NCBI RefSeq assembly: GCF_964204645.1
Contig: NC_134032.1
Location: forward strand, 6,560,275 to 6,624,274
DNA length: 64,000 bases
Origin: Tubulanus polymorphus
Taxonomy: Eukaryota > Animalia > Nemertea
Reading direction: 5' to 3'
Under the pieces are notes generated by a model that saw only the letters and a program-made list of their open reading frames with translations, had not been told where the DNA came from and did not search any database. A program made the translations under genes and the position numbers. Positions 61,783-64,000 of this stretch are shown here, one piece after another; position 1 is the first letter of the stretch, and the number at the start of each line of letters is the position of its first letter.

Positions 61783-63274
61783 CACATTTGCTGCCGATGA
61801 CGAGATAAATCGTCATGGTGGGTGCAACGCAGTTTGCCATGACGAGTTATATCGTCATCGATTCAATGTCATTTCATAACGTTATTAACAACCTGGCAGA
61901 GGCGAGAAACCAGCTAAGAATCGTCTGGCAGTATGGAGAGACAAAGATACTATGATATAGTGGGAAACCAAGTTTCGTGCACACCTGAAATTCTTTTAAA
62001 AACTAGGGGTCCAGGGACACCATGCCCACTCGGGAAGTGCTTTGAAATGCTCAACAATCGAACAATTTCGATATTCAACGGGCTAACATATGACCAATGA
62101 CCTTGAAACTCATCACAATCATAGAACATGTCATGAGCTACACCTTGCAACTGATTGTGGTAACAAAATAGGTGCCTAGGTGCCGATATAATAAGGAAAT
62201 ACTTAGTAATCCTCACTATTCAATGCCCCTGGTGACCATTTACATAAACCAATAATCCTGAAACTCACCACAATTATAGAACATGTATTCGCTACAAGTT
62301 GACAATTGATTGTGGTTAGAAAATATGCATAGATACGAATATAAATAGACAAATTGTATATGATTTAATATTCAACTCCCCCTGGTGGCAAGAACTATGA
62401 TAAGGGTAACCCCAATTCCACGTGAAATGTATCTTTTGACAGTGCTAATAACAATCAAATATAAAGACCATAGTTTAAAACCTTGATATTTTCCTCAAAA
62501 ATCCGTTTTCCAACTTACGAATGAGGACTGATGACACTAAGATGGCCGCCAATTGCGTGATAATTGACTGATGGCACCAATCAGATATGCTACAGATCCC
62601 TCCTCATAGAATAGCTATTACAAATTTCAATGAAAAATGGTAGACCATTAGCAAGCTACAGGTCTTGGAATTTAGGCCAAAATTGTGTCTGATTGATCCA
62701 ATTTTTCTCATGCCGACGGGCCCTTGGGAGGCAAAAATATATATGAAAAATCAAGATAATTGATGGAATTGTTTTCCAAATTTCCCTTTAAAACTTGAAA
62801 AATGTATGAAAAGTGCTGATTTCTGTGAACAACAAAGGCTGCCAGTCAACCGTCTTGATTCAGATCGAGCCAGTTTTTGGGCTGAAGATGTAACTAGGGT
62901 AGATACATGTCTAAAACAAATATCAGGACAATCGATTGAAGCATTTTCTAAACTTTCCAAAATAACTGGATTCCGTCTATGGACGGATGGACAGACGGAC
63001 GAATAAAAAGTGAACGCAATACGGGAAATCGTCAAATTATAAATCTTATTCTTTTAGATTTCTATTTGAATTTTCACTGGCAGGAAACAAGAGAGAATCT
63101 CTTCACCATTGCCAGTGACGAGTTGTCTAGTCATCGGTTTTATTTATACTGAAATAGATCAGTTTATTGCTTATCAATAAACAAATAATGCTGGTAGGAT
63201 ATATATCGCACAATGTCAAAAATTAGCGCCGGAAATGGCGACCGGACCTTAACTGCTTGGTGTCAGCAAATGTG
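61783..63274. mobile_element. piggyBac-like MITE hosting a HINE
   Basis: CACATTTGCTG...CAGCAAATGTG|TTAA; GATGACGAG subterminal repeats on both sides; left TTAA degenerate. Confidence 0.6.
62001..63021 (-). mobile_element. HINE family H copy nested in a piggyBac-like MITE
   Basis: AACTAGGGGTCCAGGGACACC start, GGAC microsatellite near 62985. Confidence 0.85.
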
Positions 63275-63860
63275 TTAAAACCATGTTTGCAAACTTTTTC
63301 ACCCTTGGTCCCTCACGTTATGAATTTCCTCCAACCTGACAATGGTCTCTAGTGAGAGTCCAAAGCATCGTGTCGATTTTTGATTCCAAAATTAATTTCC
63401 TTTTTAATCTTATATAATTGTATACTTACTAAAATCAAATATTTTATAAACACACATGTTTTGGAGACTCTCTCTAATCAGAAGAAATTGCTTCTCTTGT
63501 TTAGATAAACAAATTTCGCTTTCTGGCAAAATAATTGATACCATGCTTCTCATATCTGCTGACTTTAAAAGTGGACGCGGCTGGCTTCATACCCTGTACA
63601 TTACGGGCAATTAATTCTAAAATCATGTTCAAGCTGACAATAACAGATCCAGCAGCAAGAAATTAACTGATTCTATATTTTATCGCAACTTACAAAAAAA
63701 CCCGGCCGATCATGAGAAACAAGGTGACATTATTTTTAGCCACACCTTTCAAATTTGTATACAGTGAGTTCTAATCTTAATCTCTAATGCTCACCATGTC
63801 TGAGTGAACACTATTCATACTCTTAGCTGACAAGTAAAATAGTAGTCAAAACCTTGCGCC

Positions 63861-63935
63861 TCAGTTAACATCGCTACAGTTGACTGCCAAGCACTCTTGA
63901 CCATTGAATAAGGCGAAGTCTAATCTATCAAGTGT
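63861..63935 (-). CDS. Possible terminal exon of a gene lying beyond the right edge (TLDRLDFALFNGQECLAVNCSDVN-stop)
   Basis: Pyrimidine-rich acceptor ...tcctgtcatacag|, 25 codons to TGA; minus-strand AATAAA sites at 59-60 kb; no homology evidence. Confidence 0.2.
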   Translation of the reverse strand, partial: TLDRLDFALFNGQECLAVNCSDVN

Positions 63936-64000
63936 CTGTATGACAGGACGGATAGAAACAGTTTAACTAACTTTAAGCTCACCACAATACAGTCATCAAG

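Overview
AT-rich, repeat-dense eukaryotic genomic DNA, probably from a marine invertebrate (inferred from the TE repertoire and spliceosomal introns). Host genes: (1) a complete 4-exon ARL9/ARL10-like small GTPase with an N-terminal membrane anchor (minus strand, 50950-37562, 226 aa); (2) a 742-aa low-complexity orphan ORF (plus, 23614-25842); (3) a partial minus-strand multi-exon gene of unknown function (exons near 15.6, 12.6, 4.6-5.1 and 1.1-1.2 kb). The rest is mostly nested, decayed mobile DNA: a Gypsy LTR element, four CR1/L2-type LINE remnants, a DIRS recombinase fragment, pogo and Harbinger remnants, and many MITEs whose target-site duplications can be read directly (TA, TTAA, TTA, 5, 6, 8 and 9 bp). 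About 10 copies or fragments of a Helentron-type (HINE/DINE-like) element are present, and its ~155-bp tandem units each carry a CTCF-like motif. Notable structures: a Mutator-like element carrying a tRNA-Pro-like plus telomere-like cassette, two Penelope-type minimal hammerhead motifs, a multi-layer transposon nest with long inverted arms in ARL intron 1, recurrent palindromic TA-NNNN-TA micro-insertions and a ~520-bp hairpin. All calls were made by eye without database searches, and no wholly new system can be established from the sequence alone.
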